Positions 47,733 to 57,010 of a DNA stretch of 64,000 nucleotides are shown piece after piece; position 1 is the first letter of the stretch; the number at the start of each line of letters is the position of its first letter. Position numbers and translations under genes: made by a program. The DNA lies in IMG/VR virus record IMGVR_UViG_3300029288_000139, positions 1-64,000 of that record; one strand, 5' to 3'. This stretch comes from a virus. Taxonomy: Duplodnaviria > Caudoviricetes. Under the pieces are notes generated by a model. That model saw only the letters and a program-made list of their open reading frames with translations. It was not told the DNA's origin and did no database searches.

Positions 47733-47930
47733 TTACAAATTATTAAGATGCAGAGAATAAGAAGCTTTCTGTCTTCTTACTTTTGTATCTGCTGTATTTA
47801 AACTACAACTTTCAATTCTAGTGGCAAAAGACAAATGCTCTTTACAAAAGAAATAACTATTTTTATCCAACTTCTTACCACAAACTTGTCCTGATAAATA
47901 TTCCCATCGGCAAGTTCTTCTCTTATCCAT
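47733..47930 (-). CDS. small C3H zinc-finger-like protein
   Basis: C...C...CKEH; start overlaps the terL stop. Confidence 0.55.
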   Translation of the reverse strand: MDKRRTCRWEYLSGQVCGKKLDKNSYFFCKEHLSFATRIESCSLNTADTKVRRQKASYSLHLNNL

Positions 47931-49134
47931 TTGCCGCCCTCCCATAAACAAAATCAGCAAAAGAAGGTTTGCTGTTGATATAACCATCTAAAGCATATCT
48001 CAATCCATCAATACAATGATTATTCTTATCAATAATGACCGGAAGGATTTCTCCTGTTTTGGAATCTTGTTTATAGGAATAGGATTTCATTTCATTCAAT
48101 GTATGTTTACATCTTGGATGAATAACAATCTCTTCAAATTTCTTTAAGTAAGCAATTCCATCTTCAACACTGCCTTGCCACTTTCTTGCAGCCTCAACTC
48201 TTAATCCATGTTTTTTTCTTAAATAGGAAATTGTTTCAGGCCTGCTGTTGTCTGCTTTAATTGGCCATTTTTCTGCAGACGAAACTGAATTTTTAAATAA
48301 GGCAGGAATCTCATCAAGCTCAACTCCAATACCGTATGCCTCCCCATCAACAAACAGTTTATTATCTTGGATAAAGCATCTAATTAATGTTGTTGGATCA
48401 TTACTAAATCCCCAGTCAGCTCCATGAAAGAATCGTGCATCTTCTGGCGTCTCAAAAACATCTTCTTTAAACTTGCCTTTAAAGATTGATGCATTGGAAA
48501 TTGATAATGGCTCTCCTTCCCATATATGAAGGTATGAATCATAATCAACTCTTTTTAAATAATCTTTCTCTCTTAATAATGTTTCTGGTAAGTATGGATT
48601 GTCTAACCAGGATACTTTCTTAGTAAAGCAATTGTCGGGAGGATTTAAAACAAATCTTTGATATGTGGGATCTTTAATTTCTCCTGTATTGAATGTAATG
48701 ATAATACAGCTTGCTTCTTTCCGAATGGTTGGTATTAATATTGACCAAGATAATTCTGATGTTGATTGTGCCTCTTCCACCCAGCATATATCAACACCCT
48801 CAAGAGATTTTATTTCATTAATGTTATGTTTGAGTCCTTTGAATAAGAATTCACTACCAGAGTAACTTGTAATTGATGCTTTTGTTATATTATAATAAGA
48901 TTGAAGAGAAAGGAACTCTATTTGATCACAAAGAAGTTTATAAACTGAATCTGTAATTGATGTTTGCAATTCTCTTGTGCATAATATTCTTAACTTCATA
49001 TAAGAAGCTATTGCTACTAGAAATCTTGCAACTGCCCATGACTTAGCTCCTCCACGTCCACCCCAGTAAACAAGATATCTATAAGTGAATAAAGCAAGTT
49101 CTTTATATGCAGAAGGTATAGACACCTTTATCAT
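47923..49134 (-). CDS. terL: terminase large subunit (PBSX-type)
   Basis: WGGRGGAKS, RELQTSI, WVEEAQ, DWGFSNDP, NHCIDGLRYA. Confidence 0.95.
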   Translation of the reverse strand: MIKVSIPSAYKELALFTYRYLVYWGGRGGAKSWAVARFLVAIASYMKLRILCTRELQTSITDSVYKLLCDQIEFLSLQSYYNITKASITSYSGSEFLFKGLKHNINEIKSLEGVDICWVEEAQSTSELSWSILIPTIRKEASCIIITFNTGEIKDPTYQRFVLNPPDNCFTKKVSWLDNPYLPETLLREKDYLKRVDYDSYLHIWEGEPLSISNASIFKGKFKEDVFETPEDARFFHGADWGFSNDPTTLIRCFIQDNKLFVDGEAYGIGVELDEIPALFKNSVSSAEKWPIKADNSRPETISYLRKKHGLRVEAARKWQGSVEDGIAYLKKFEEIVIHPRCKHTLNEMKSYSYKQDSKTGEILPVIIDKNNHCIDGLRYALDGYINSKPSFADFVYGRAANG

Positions 49135-49136
49135 TA

Positions 49137-49718
49137 TCAGTCTTTCTCCAATTCGGCTTTAATTCCATTCCCAAAATCAATTAAAATCTGTTGAGGCACC
49201 AAAGGACTTCCATCAACTCCTGTCACTTCCACTTTACTATTATCTCCATACTTCCTTGGCAGCAAATGAGCAGCTATCCATTTTCTTGATTCGACTCTTA
49301 ATCTGCTTCTTTGGACATATTCTTGGTCAACTTTAATATATTTCTTTCCACTCTTATCTTCCAATTCCATAAAGTCATTTGTACCATCATCGGATATATC
49401 AATTATACTATCAACCAAACATTGTGCTTGTTGTTCTCTGGCTGCCATGTAGGACTTTAAAAATTCTTCCCTATACCATTTTGATCCTTTCCATAACCAT
49501 CTCATAATTGTTGGGTATGTAGGGTTTCCATCTTGTTTACAAAAAGAAGTTAATGATCTTCCTAAAGACAACCATTCACAGATTTCATTCCCTAATTGTT
49601 CTGTATATGTTTGAGGTCTCCCAGGTAATCTTTCCTCTGGTTCTTTCTTGGGTCTTCCTCTAGGACGTTTTTTCAGTGTTTCTTCTTCTTCTATGAATTT
49701 GTAGGTTATCTTATTCAT
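49137..49718 (-). CDS. terS: terminase small subunit
   Basis: GRPQTYT....EICE.L..GRSL, Y.AARE.QA, RSRLRVESRKWIAA.LLPRKYG. Confidence 0.9.
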   Translation of the reverse strand: MNKITYKFIEEEETLKKRPRGRPKKEPEERLPGRPQTYTEQLGNEICEWLSLGRSLTSFCKQDGNPTYPTIMRWLWKGSKWYREEFLKSYMAAREQQAQCLVDSIIDISDDGTNDFMELEDKSGKKYIKVDQEYVQRSRLRVESRKWIAAHLLPRKYGDNSKVEVTGVDGSPLVPQQILIDFGNGIKAELEKD

Positions 49719-50071
49719 GAATTCTATCTATATTTTCCTTATTTTCCTTGAAAAAAATAAATACCTTCTATGTATATAAACGGTTTTCTTGGATGTGAAA
49801 AATTTTTTATTTTATGTATCTTTTTTCTTTTAAAAAAATGATATGTAAGTTTATAAAATCATTAATTAATCAAGTAAAAAATTCATTCGTGTTTCTCTGT
49901 CTTCATCATTAGTTCATGATCCTTCTCATTCACCATTGTTTTATTGATCTTTTGTCAAATATTTTGAGAAAATCTTATTAAATTGAATATCTTTTTAAAA
50001 CTTTTTTAAAACTATCTTGGTTTACTTAATAATATTAGATAGATTAATTTTTAAAAATATTTAAAAAAAGC

Positions 50072-50099
50072 TTGACTTTTTAAAAAAAGTATATATAAT
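50072..50099 (+). promoter_or_regulatory. sigma70-type early promoter
   Basis: TTGACT (50072-50077), 16-bp spacer, TATAAT (50094-50099), AT-rich upstream region. Confidence 0.75.
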
Positions 50100-50105
50100 A
50101 TGATC

Positions 50106-50520
50106 ATAGGAGGAGATAACACTTAGACAGAAACGAGAGCTTAAATACCTGAAACCGAGCTCAATTTAAAAACTCAATATCCAAACTAGAGAGCAGAAGC
50201 AAAGCCTTCATCATTTACACCAAGCGAGCTCACGAAATGGAAATGCCTTAGAGCTGAGCTAAAAGAAAATCAACTCGAACTTATCGAAAGGAAGCAAGAG
50301 GACATCACAAGCATCCATCTGAGGGACTTTCGATACGGATTGCGAACTTGAAAAAGCGAGTGATGATAACGCATGAACCATCAAGCGATTCTATGAAACG
50401 CATGACCATAGAGCGGCCAATAAAAAAGATTCATCTAATTAATACTTTTAGAAAGAGAGATTATCAACTATAAACAACTTTCGACCTCCTCTCCAATCTC
50501 TCTTCCAATAAATTACTAAT
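50106..50520 (+). ncRNA. candidate structured leader or ncRNA
   Basis: no long ORF; higher GC than the upstream flank; twin hairpins sharing loop AACGCATGA; 3' inverted repeat GAGAGATT/AATCTCTC. Confidence 0.4.
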
Positions 50521-50540
50521 TATAAAAGGAGACTATAAAA

Positions 50541-52019
50541 ATGAAAGAACAATTTAAAGCCGCCAGGAGAGCTGCCGTACCTATTATAGCTATAGAAACG
50601 TCAGACCAACAATCAACTATCAGAAACATTTCCAGATGCAACGATAACATCCCCGTCATTCAATGGGATATTATTTCTGGACTCTCTGCACTAAACCAAC
50701 TTGGAGTTGACTTAGTTAACAAAATTTGCGAAAAAGACGACCCAGCAATATCTACTGGAAACCCCGCAGAAATGTTATCTAAGATTAAAAACGTTCCCCA
50801 AAAAACAATTATCTTTATGAACAACGCACACAGATTTATATCAAACGAAAGCGTCTCTCAAGGAATTTGCAATCTCAGAGACATTTATAAATCATCTGGA
50901 TCCTCTTTGGTTCTCGTAGCCCCAGCAATTCAACTTCCTTCAGAATTAGAACAGGATATTATGATTATCACAGACAAACTTCCCAATAACGAAGAATTAA
51001 AGAAAATCATTCTCAGCATATGCGAAGATGCTGGAATAGAAACACCAGACGAAACAACAACAAATAAGATAACAGATACTTTAATTGGATTATCTTCTTT
51101 TTGTGCTGAGCAAACCTTAGCAACATGCGTCAAAAAAATAGATAATAAAATCACTATTGATCAGAAAATGCTATGGGATCGGAAATGCAAAGCCGTAGAA
51201 CAAACACCCGGACTTAGCATTTGGAAAGGAGGAGAAACTTTTGATGACATTGGAGGATGCGATAATATCAAAAACTTTACAAACGCCATCATCAAAGGAA
51301 AAGACAATCCTAGAGCCATAGTATTTATGGATGAAATTGAAAAAGCCTTTGCCGGATCATCTAATGACTCAAGCGGAGTTAGCCAAGACCAACTTGGATC
51401 GATTTTATCGTTTATGCAGGATAAAGAAGTTGATGGAATGATTTTTATAGGACCTCCCGGAGCTGCTAAATCAGCTATAGCAAAAGCCACTGGAAACGTT
51501 GGAAATATACCAACCATATCATTTGACTTAGGAGCGATGAAAAATAGTTTGGTTGGAAAATCAGGAGAACAAACACGAAAAGCCCTTCAAGTTATTGAAG
51601 CTATTTCAAAAGGAAGAGTTTTATTCATTGCTACCTGCAACAATATAACCACTTTACCTCCAGAACTTCGTAGACGATTCACGATGGGAACCTTCTTTTT
51701 CGATCTTCCAACAGAAAATGAAAGAAAAATGATTTGGGAAATTTACAAACAGAAATATCAAATTTCAGACCAAGATTTACCTGATGACGAAGGATGGACT
51801 GGAGCGGAAATTAGACAATGCTCCAAATTATCTTCCAAACTAAATATCACACTAAAAGATGCTTCTAATTACATCGTACCCGTTGCTAAATCAGCCACAG
51901 ACCAAATTGAATCTTTGAGAAGATTGGCATCTGGAAAATTTATCAATGCCAATGAAAAAGGAATTTATCAAATGAAGATTAATAAAACACAGACTGAAAC
52001 TAGACGTCAATTTTCATAG
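50541..52019 (+). CDS. Ycf46-like AAA+ ATPase with permuted Walker B / Walker A order
   Basis: FDDIGG; IVFMDEIEKAF (51318-) precedes GPPGAAKS (51450-); FIATCNN, LPPELRR, FFFDLP. Confidence 0.85.
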   Translation: MKEQFKAARRAAVPIIAIETSDQQSTIRNISRCNDNIPVIQWDIISGLSALNQLGVDLVNKICEKDDPAISTGNPAEMLSKIKNVPQKTIIFMNNAHRFISNESVSQGICNLRDIYKSSGSSLVLVAPAIQLPSELEQDIMIITDKLPNNEELKKIILSICEDAGIETPDETTTNKITDTLIGLSSFCAEQTLATCVKKIDNKITIDQKMLWDRKCKAVEQTPGLSIWKGGETFDDIGGCDNIKNFTNAIIKGKDNPRAIVFMDEIEKAFAGSSNDSSGVSQDQLGSILSFMQDKEVDGMIFIGPPGAAKSAIAKATGNVGNIPTISFDLGAMKNSLVGKSGEQTRKALQVIEAISKGRVLFIATCNNITTLPPELRRRFTMGTFFFDLPTENERKMIWEIYKQKYQISDQDLPDDEGWTGAEIRQCSKLSSKLNITLKDASNYIVPVAKSATDQIESLRRLASGKFINANEKGIYQMKINKTQTETRRQFS

Positions 52020-52030
52020 GAGGAAAAATT

Positions 52031-52336
52031 ATGCCTTGCTACACAATAACAACCGTAACATTGGAATTTAAAAATGCCAACATGGAATTACTGAAAAAAG
52101 CCATCAAAGCTTCTCTTGGAATAGACGCAGAGATTTACAATCTCGGAGTCAAATGGAATGGAGGATATTATAACAAAATAATGGGAGAAATAACATTAAA
52201 CAAAAAAACTGCGGAGGATGACATCAAACTCATCAAAAGAGCTTACAGTGCGGAAATTGTAAAAGACCAAGCGAAAAGATTTGGATGGAACCTAAAACAA
52301 ACTTCAGAATTCAAATATGAAATTTCAAAGAGGTGA
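52031..52336 (+). CDS. DUF1257/Ycf35-like protein
   Basis: T....EFKN..LL.KA, Y..E.V...A...GW; follows a Ycf46-like ATPase. Confidence 0.55.
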   Translation: MPCYTITTVTLEFKNANMELLKKAIKASLGIDAEIYNLGVKWNGGYYNKIMGEITLNKKTAEDDIKLIKRAYSAEIVKDQAKRFGWNLKQTSEFKYEISKR

Positions 52337-52536
52337 TAATTATGGACAAAATGGAAATTGAAATTTTGGAAGATGGAACAATTAAAACCAGCACAGACAA
52401 AATATCAATGCCTAACCACGGAGGAGCAGAGATGCTAATCAAAGAAATGGTTAAATCAGCTGGAGGCACAGAGACGAGAATTAGGAAAGCCAATCATACT
52501 CTTCATGAGCATAATGGACATTTCCACACACATTAA
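52333..52536 (+). CDS. DUF2997-like protein
   Basis: MEIEILEDGTIK; C-terminal HxHxH. Confidence 0.55.
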   Translation: MIIMDKMEIEILEDGTIKTSTDKISMPNHGGAEMLIKEMVKSAGGTETRIRKANHTLHEHNGHFHTH

Positions 52537-52569
52537 CTAATTAACCCTATAACAAAAAGGAGAAAAAAG

Positions 52570-53238
52570 ATGAACATAGAAATTAAAAACAGATTTACAA
52601 ACAAGATTATTTTGTGTGGAGAATACGAATCAATTAAGGATTGCTTGGAAAAAAATAGAGGAACAAACCTCGAAGGCGCAGACCTCAGAGGAACAAACCT
52701 CGAAGGCGCATATCTCAGAGGCGCATATCTCGAAGGCGCATACCTCGAAGGCGCATATCTCAGAGGCGCATATCTCGAAGGCGCATATCTCGAAGGCGCA
52801 TATCTCAGAGGCGCATATCTCAGAGGCGCATATCTCAGAGGCGCATATCTCGAAGGCGCATATCTCGAAGGCGCATATCTCGAAGGCGCAAATCTCAGAG
52901 GCGCATATCTCGAAGGCGCATATCTCGGAGGCGCATATCTCGAAGGCGAAAATCTCAGAGGCGCATATCTCGAAGGCGCAAAAAACATAACATTTCCAAT
53001 TTTAAATATTCAAGGCACGCAACATCATCTGTTTTATATGTCCGGCAAAATCTCTATTGGTTGTGAAAATCACACCATTGATAAGTGGATTAAGGATTAC
53101 AAAACCATCGGAGAAGAACATGGATATACGGATGAACAAATCAAGGAATATTTTGGTTACATTAAAATCTGTAAAAAGTTAGCAGAGGACAACAAGAAAG
53201 AGAAAAAAGATGGACTTTTAAACAAAAAAGGAGAATGA
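52570..53238 (+). CDS. pentapeptide-repeat protein
   Basis: 21 GAYL(E/R)-type units. Confidence 0.9.
   Translation: MNIEIKNRFTNKIILCGEYESIKDCLEKNRGTNLEGADLRGTNLEGAYLRGAYLEGAYLEGAYLRGAYLEGAYLEGAYLRGAYLRGAYLRGAYLEGAYLEGAYLEGANLRGAYLEGAYLGGAYLEGENLRGAYLEGAKNITFPILNIQGTQHHLFYMSGKISIGCENHTIDKWIKDYKTIGEEHGYTDEQIKEYFGYIKICKKLAEDNKKEKKDGLLNKKGE
52660..52974 (+). repeat. 21 x 15-bp tandem repeat
   Basis: GGCGCATATCTC(GAA/AGA) units. Confidence 0.95.
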
Positions 53239-54131
53239 AAATGAAAAAGGAAATTAAAAACACTTTGAGAGTAACAAACGCCGCAATGCTGATTTTCACC
53301 ACCCACGCATGGGGAAACAGAAAGAAAGTCGATACCAAAAATATTGAAGCAAAAGCGGAAAAGAGCTTTTTATCCGTAAGTAAAAAATTGATCGATTCGC
53401 AGGAATACAAAGACATTCTCAACTATCAAACAGAGGTTTATGATTGGATCAACAGAAACTCTGTCCCTTCTTTCTATCTCAGAGGCTCTTATCTTTTCAG
53501 CATGAATTTTGTCGACGAAGTTGAGGAATATATCAAATCGGCACAGGAAACACTGAAAAAGATGATTGAACCTTTAATATTAGAATATCAAAAGAAAATG
53601 GACGATGCTCAAGAAAGACTTGGAGATTTATGGAATCCAAACGATTATCCCAGCATTCAAAAACTGGAAGGTTCTTTCAGCTTCGAGAAAAGATGGGTAA
53701 AATTCGATATCCCGGAAGAATTACCTTCTGCTATTTTTAAAGAAGAACAAATTAAAGCTGAAAATATGTGGAAAGAATCAGCAGAACAAATAAGCCTCTG
53801 TCTTCGTCAAGCCTTTGTCGAATTAATCAAACACGCCAATGAAGTTCTTCAGCCAGATGCCAACGGAAAGACTAAAGGATTCAAAAATTCTTCTTTCGAT
53901 AAAATTGACGAATTTATTGCCACATTCAAAAACAGAAATATCGTCAACGACAAAGACCTTGAAGAATTAGTACAAAAAGCCAATAACATTTTAAAGACCG
54001 TTGACGACCCGCAAGAACTCAAGAAGGATGCCGAAATGAGAAACATCGTTAGCAACAACTTCAAGGAAATTACTGATAAATTAAATACGATGATTGAAAC
54101 CAAACCATCAAGAAAATTTGACCTTGAATAA
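53235..54131 (+). CDS. DUF3150-like protein
   Basis: WG.RK, SKKLID, Y....N..DYP, F..F..RNI..D..LE.LV. Confidence 0.6.
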   Translation: MKMKKEIKNTLRVTNAAMLIFTTHAWGNRKKVDTKNIEAKAEKSFLSVSKKLIDSQEYKDILNYQTEVYDWINRNSVPSFYLRGSYLFSMNFVDEVEEYIKSAQETLKKMIEPLILEYQKKMDDAQERLGDLWNPNDYPSIQKLEGSFSFEKRWVKFDIPEELPSAIFKEEQIKAENMWKESAEQISLCLRQAFVELIKHANEVLQPDANGKTKGFKNSSFDKIDEFIATFKNRNIVNDKDLEELVQKANNILKTVDDPQELKKDAEMRNIVSNNFKEITDKLNTMIETKPSRKFDLE

Positions 54132-54136
54132 ATAAA

Positions 54137-54164
54137 CGTCCTGAGTATGACGAAAAACTGCTCA
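54137..54164 (+). promoter_or_regulatory. compact H-type pseudoknot upstream of an RBS
   Basis: CGTC 54137-40 / GACG 54149-52; loop TGAGTA 54142-47 / TGCTCA 54159-64. Confidence 0.45.
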
Positions 54165-54181
54165 AAAAGAAAGGAGAATTT

Positions 54182-54322
54182 ATGAACAGGCGAAAAAACA
54201 AATTTGATAAATTTATTGATATCATAAACGCAAATCCAGAAAAAAATCTTACAACAATTGTTTGTATTTTTGGAATCTCTTTTGCTTTAATTATAATGAT
54301 TTTATCAACAATATACTTTTAA
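54182..54322 (+). CDS. small membrane protein (46 aa)
   Basis: AAGGAG RBS; hydrophobic C-half. Confidence 0.55.
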   Translation: MNRRKNKFDKFIDIINANPEKNLTTIVCIFGISFALIIMILSTIYF

Positions 54323-54338
54323 TAAGGAGAAAACAAAC

Positions 54339-54530
54339 ATGAAAACAAAAAAAGTAGTACAGGGTTCATACATATCTATTGAGGCAAAACGTCTTTTATT
54401 TCAAGAGGCTTTAAGACAGGATAAAAAAATAGCAACTTTGACATCCGAAATTTTAGAAAAAGAGGCAAAAAAGATACAGAGAAAAGAATTCTATAAAGGA
54501 GAAACAATCGATGAAAGTAAACAAATTTGA
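54339..54530 (+). CDS. small DNA-binding-like protein (possible ribbon-helix-helix)
   Basis: short strand then two amphipathic helices; AAGGAG RBS. Confidence 0.45.
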   Translation: MKTKKVVQGSYISIEAKRLLFQEALRQDKKIATLTSEILEKEAKKIQRKEFYKGETIDESKQI

Positions 54531-54891
54531 CCATCTCTGTAACAAAACCGAAGAAACACTACCCTCTGGTAACCCAATCATTATTTCTTTTCCAAATAAA
54601 ACATTAATTTGGGATTATGAAAAACAGGACTGGAAGATTAAACAAAAGATAAATGGAAAGTGGATTCTTCTAAAAAAAGAAGATAAAATATCGATCCAAT
54701 TAATTGAAACATGTAATATTTGTAAAGGAAGTCTCCACATAGTCAAAAAAACAAACCCTTCTCTGTTAGATATAAACATGAGAAAGACAACTATTGAAAA
54801 ATTTAAAAGACAACATTATAAATGTGGAAAGAAAAAACAAAACCCACATATAGATTCAATAAAATTTATTATAGAGGAGGAAAATCCATGA
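54511..54891 (+). CDS. hypothetical protein with CxxC
   Basis: TCNICK...HYKC. Confidence 0.55.
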   Translation: MKVNKFDHLCNKTEETLPSGNPIIISFPNKTLIWDYEKQDWKIKQKINGKWILLKKEDKISIQLIETCNICKGSLHIVKKTNPSLLDINMRKTTIEKFKRQHYKCGKKKQNPHIDSIKFIIEEENP

Positions 54892-55110
54892 TTAAATCAA
54901 TAAAAGAAAAAGAAAACAGGCGAGATTGAAATAGATCTTACCGGACCAGAAGGAAACGCATTTTATTTATTGTCATTAGCAAAAGACCTTTCCAAACAAT
55001 TAGGAAAAGATGATAAAAAGATTACAGAGGAGATGAAATCAGGAAATTATGAAAATCTTCTCAAAGTCTTTGACCGAGAATTTGGAAACTTTGTTACATT
55101 ATATCGATAA
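54888..55110 (+). pseudogene. frameshifted small phage gene (IDLTGPEGNAF type)
   Basis: the RBS-backed ATG frame stops at 54927; the +1 frame encodes EIDLTGPEGNAFYLL...FGNFVTLYR. Confidence 0.65.
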
Positions 55111-55125
55111 GGAGGAAAAATAATA

Positions 55126-55551
55126 ATGAAAGGATTAAATTGTTTTGAACAAGCGTTAATTATGATGCATAATTTTAATGACTCCGTTGACATCGACCCT
55201 TTTCAAACACTAGAAACAAATGATTTTAGGGATATAGAGAAAAAAATATCAATAGAACTTAATATCCAAGACCCTGAATCTATTCTAATCGAAAAAGATA
55301 TGGAAAGAAATAAAGAAAAGTTATTCGATTCTCTTTCTGACGAAGCAAAAGATATTATCAAAATAATAATCGATTGTCCAGAAGAACTCAAAGAAATATG
55401 CTTTGCGGGCAAATTAGATAAAGTAAGTATCCCTAGACTTTTGAGTTTAATGAGAAAACAAAGAAAAGAAAGAAAAACTGTAAAAACTTTATTCTCTGAA
55501 GTAGTATGGTACGCCAACAAAATCAAGTTTCTTAATAAATGTGAGGTATGA
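55126..55551 (+). CDS. hypothetical protein
   Basis: AAGGAGG RBS, 141 aa. Confidence 0.65.
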   Translation: MKGLNCFEQALIMMHNFNDSVDIDPFQTLETNDFRDIEKKISIELNIQDPESILIEKDMERNKEKLFDSLSDEAKDIIKIIIDCPEELKEICFAGKLDKVSIPRLLSLMRKQRKERKTVKTLFSEVVWYANKIKFLNKCEV

Positions 55552-56984
55552 AAATGAGAATAGAAATAATAGACCCTGTCTGGAGTAGAATCATCGATAA
55601 AGAAGACATCAATAAGGCAACATCCTGTCTTTCATATCAAAAGGAAATATGGAAACAAGGACAATATTCTAAAGAGAAGAGTAAAAACGAAGCATATATG
55701 ATTAATCGTGGTAGTGGAAAATTCTTGACAGGGTTAATTCCAAGGATCGTCAAATCAAACCCAACAGAAAAAATTGAGGTCGAATACCCAGATTATTATA
55801 AATATTTTCCAGAGAAGAATGAACCTTATCTTCCTAACTTTACATTTCGTGATGACCAAATACAAACTGTCTTATCTGTTGTCAAAAATCAAAGAGGAAT
55901 GATTAAAAACGCAACGGGAACAGGAAAAACTGTAATCGCTGGAGCGATATGTTCTGTTTATCCATCTTCTCACATTGTCTTTTTATGTCATACTCTTGAT
56001 TTATTACAACAAGCCAAAAGGGCTTTTACAAATCAATTCGGATTCAAAAATGTAATAACTTTAGGAGGAGGCTCAAATCAATTTGAATGGAATGACGAAC
56101 CAACTATTGTTATTTCTACAGTTCAAACTTTTAGAAATTTTGATTTATTACAACATTGTGATTGGATAGATATAATCATTATAGACGAAGCCCACCATCT
56201 AACAAAAAAAAACTCAATGATTGCCGAAGTTTTAAAACAAACATTAGCTCCAATTCGAATTGGTCTTAGCGCTGAATTACCCAAAACAGATCATGGCAAA
56301 TTAGTTCTCGAAGGCTACTTAGGTCCCATAATTGGAGAATTCACATACCAAGATGGAGTTAATGCAGGAGTATTGGCTATACCATTAATCAATTTAATTC
56401 CTGTCCCATATTCTGAAGACATTGGGGATGTTAATCACTATAACAACCGTACGGAACAAGGGAGAATTATCAAAGGAATGTACTCCAAAGGGATAATAGA
56501 AAATAAAGCTCGCAACAGACTTGCCTTATTAGAAGCGTCTCAAAGTATGAAAAAAGGAGAATCTGTCTTAATTCTAACAGGAAGGGATACTCAACATGGA
56601 CATATATTATCTAAAATGGCACGAGATATTTTTGATTTGGATATTCAATTCGTATATGGAGATACAGAAAAGCAATCAAGGCAAATAGCTCAAGATATGT
56701 TGGAAAACAAAACCATAAAATGTATCATATCAAATGTAGTTTGGAAAGAAGGAATTAATATTAAAAGTCTCAATCATGTTATAAACGTTGGAGGGGAAAA
56801 ATATCCAATTCAAATAATTGGTAGAGGGAGTAGAACTACAGATAACAAAAAGACAGTACATATAACCGATTTCTTAGATCCATTTCGGTGGCTCAGTCAT
56901 CATACAGTTTTACGATTAATTGCTTATGCTGAAAATGGTTGGTTGGATCAATATAATTTATATACCCAGATTTCTAAATTATAG
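55548..56984 (+). CDS. SF2 helicase (UvsW/ResIII-like)
   Basis: RDDQ, ATGTGKT, IIDEAHH, GLSA, KEGINIKSL, QIIGRGSR. Confidence 0.9.
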   Translation: MKMRIEIIDPVWSRIIDKEDINKATSCLSYQKEIWKQGQYSKEKSKNEAYMINRGSGKFLTGLIPRIVKSNPTEKIEVEYPDYYKYFPEKNEPYLPNFTFRDDQIQTVLSVVKNQRGMIKNATGTGKTVIAGAICSVYPSSHIVFLCHTLDLLQQAKRAFTNQFGFKNVITLGGGSNQFEWNDEPTIVISTVQTFRNFDLLQHCDWIDIIIIDEAHHLTKKNSMIAEVLKQTLAPIRIGLSAELPKTDHGKLVLEGYLGPIIGEFTYQDGVNAGVLAIPLINLIPVPYSEDIGDVNHYNNRTEQGRIIKGMYSKGIIENKARNRLALLEASQSMKKGESVLILTGRDTQHGHILSKMARDIFDLDIQFVYGDTEKQSRQIAQDMLENKTIKCIISNVVWKEGINIKSLNHVINVGGEKYPIQIIGRGSRTTDNKKTVHITDFLDPFRWLSHHTVLRLIAYAENGWLDQYNLYTQISKL

Positions 56985-57010
56985 TATATAATAATACAAA
57001 AGGAGATAAA

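Noticed and set aside
3878-48865. Many 60-160 aa plus-strand ORFs in the late arm, and minus-strand ORFs in the early arm
   Set aside because: They lie antisense to well-supported genes and show no recognisable motifs.
52533-52990. Antisense (SRYAP) and alternative-frame (KAHIS) ORFs
   Set aside because: Stop-free shadows of the 15-bp repeat; only the GAYLE frame has an RBS and non-repeat flanks.
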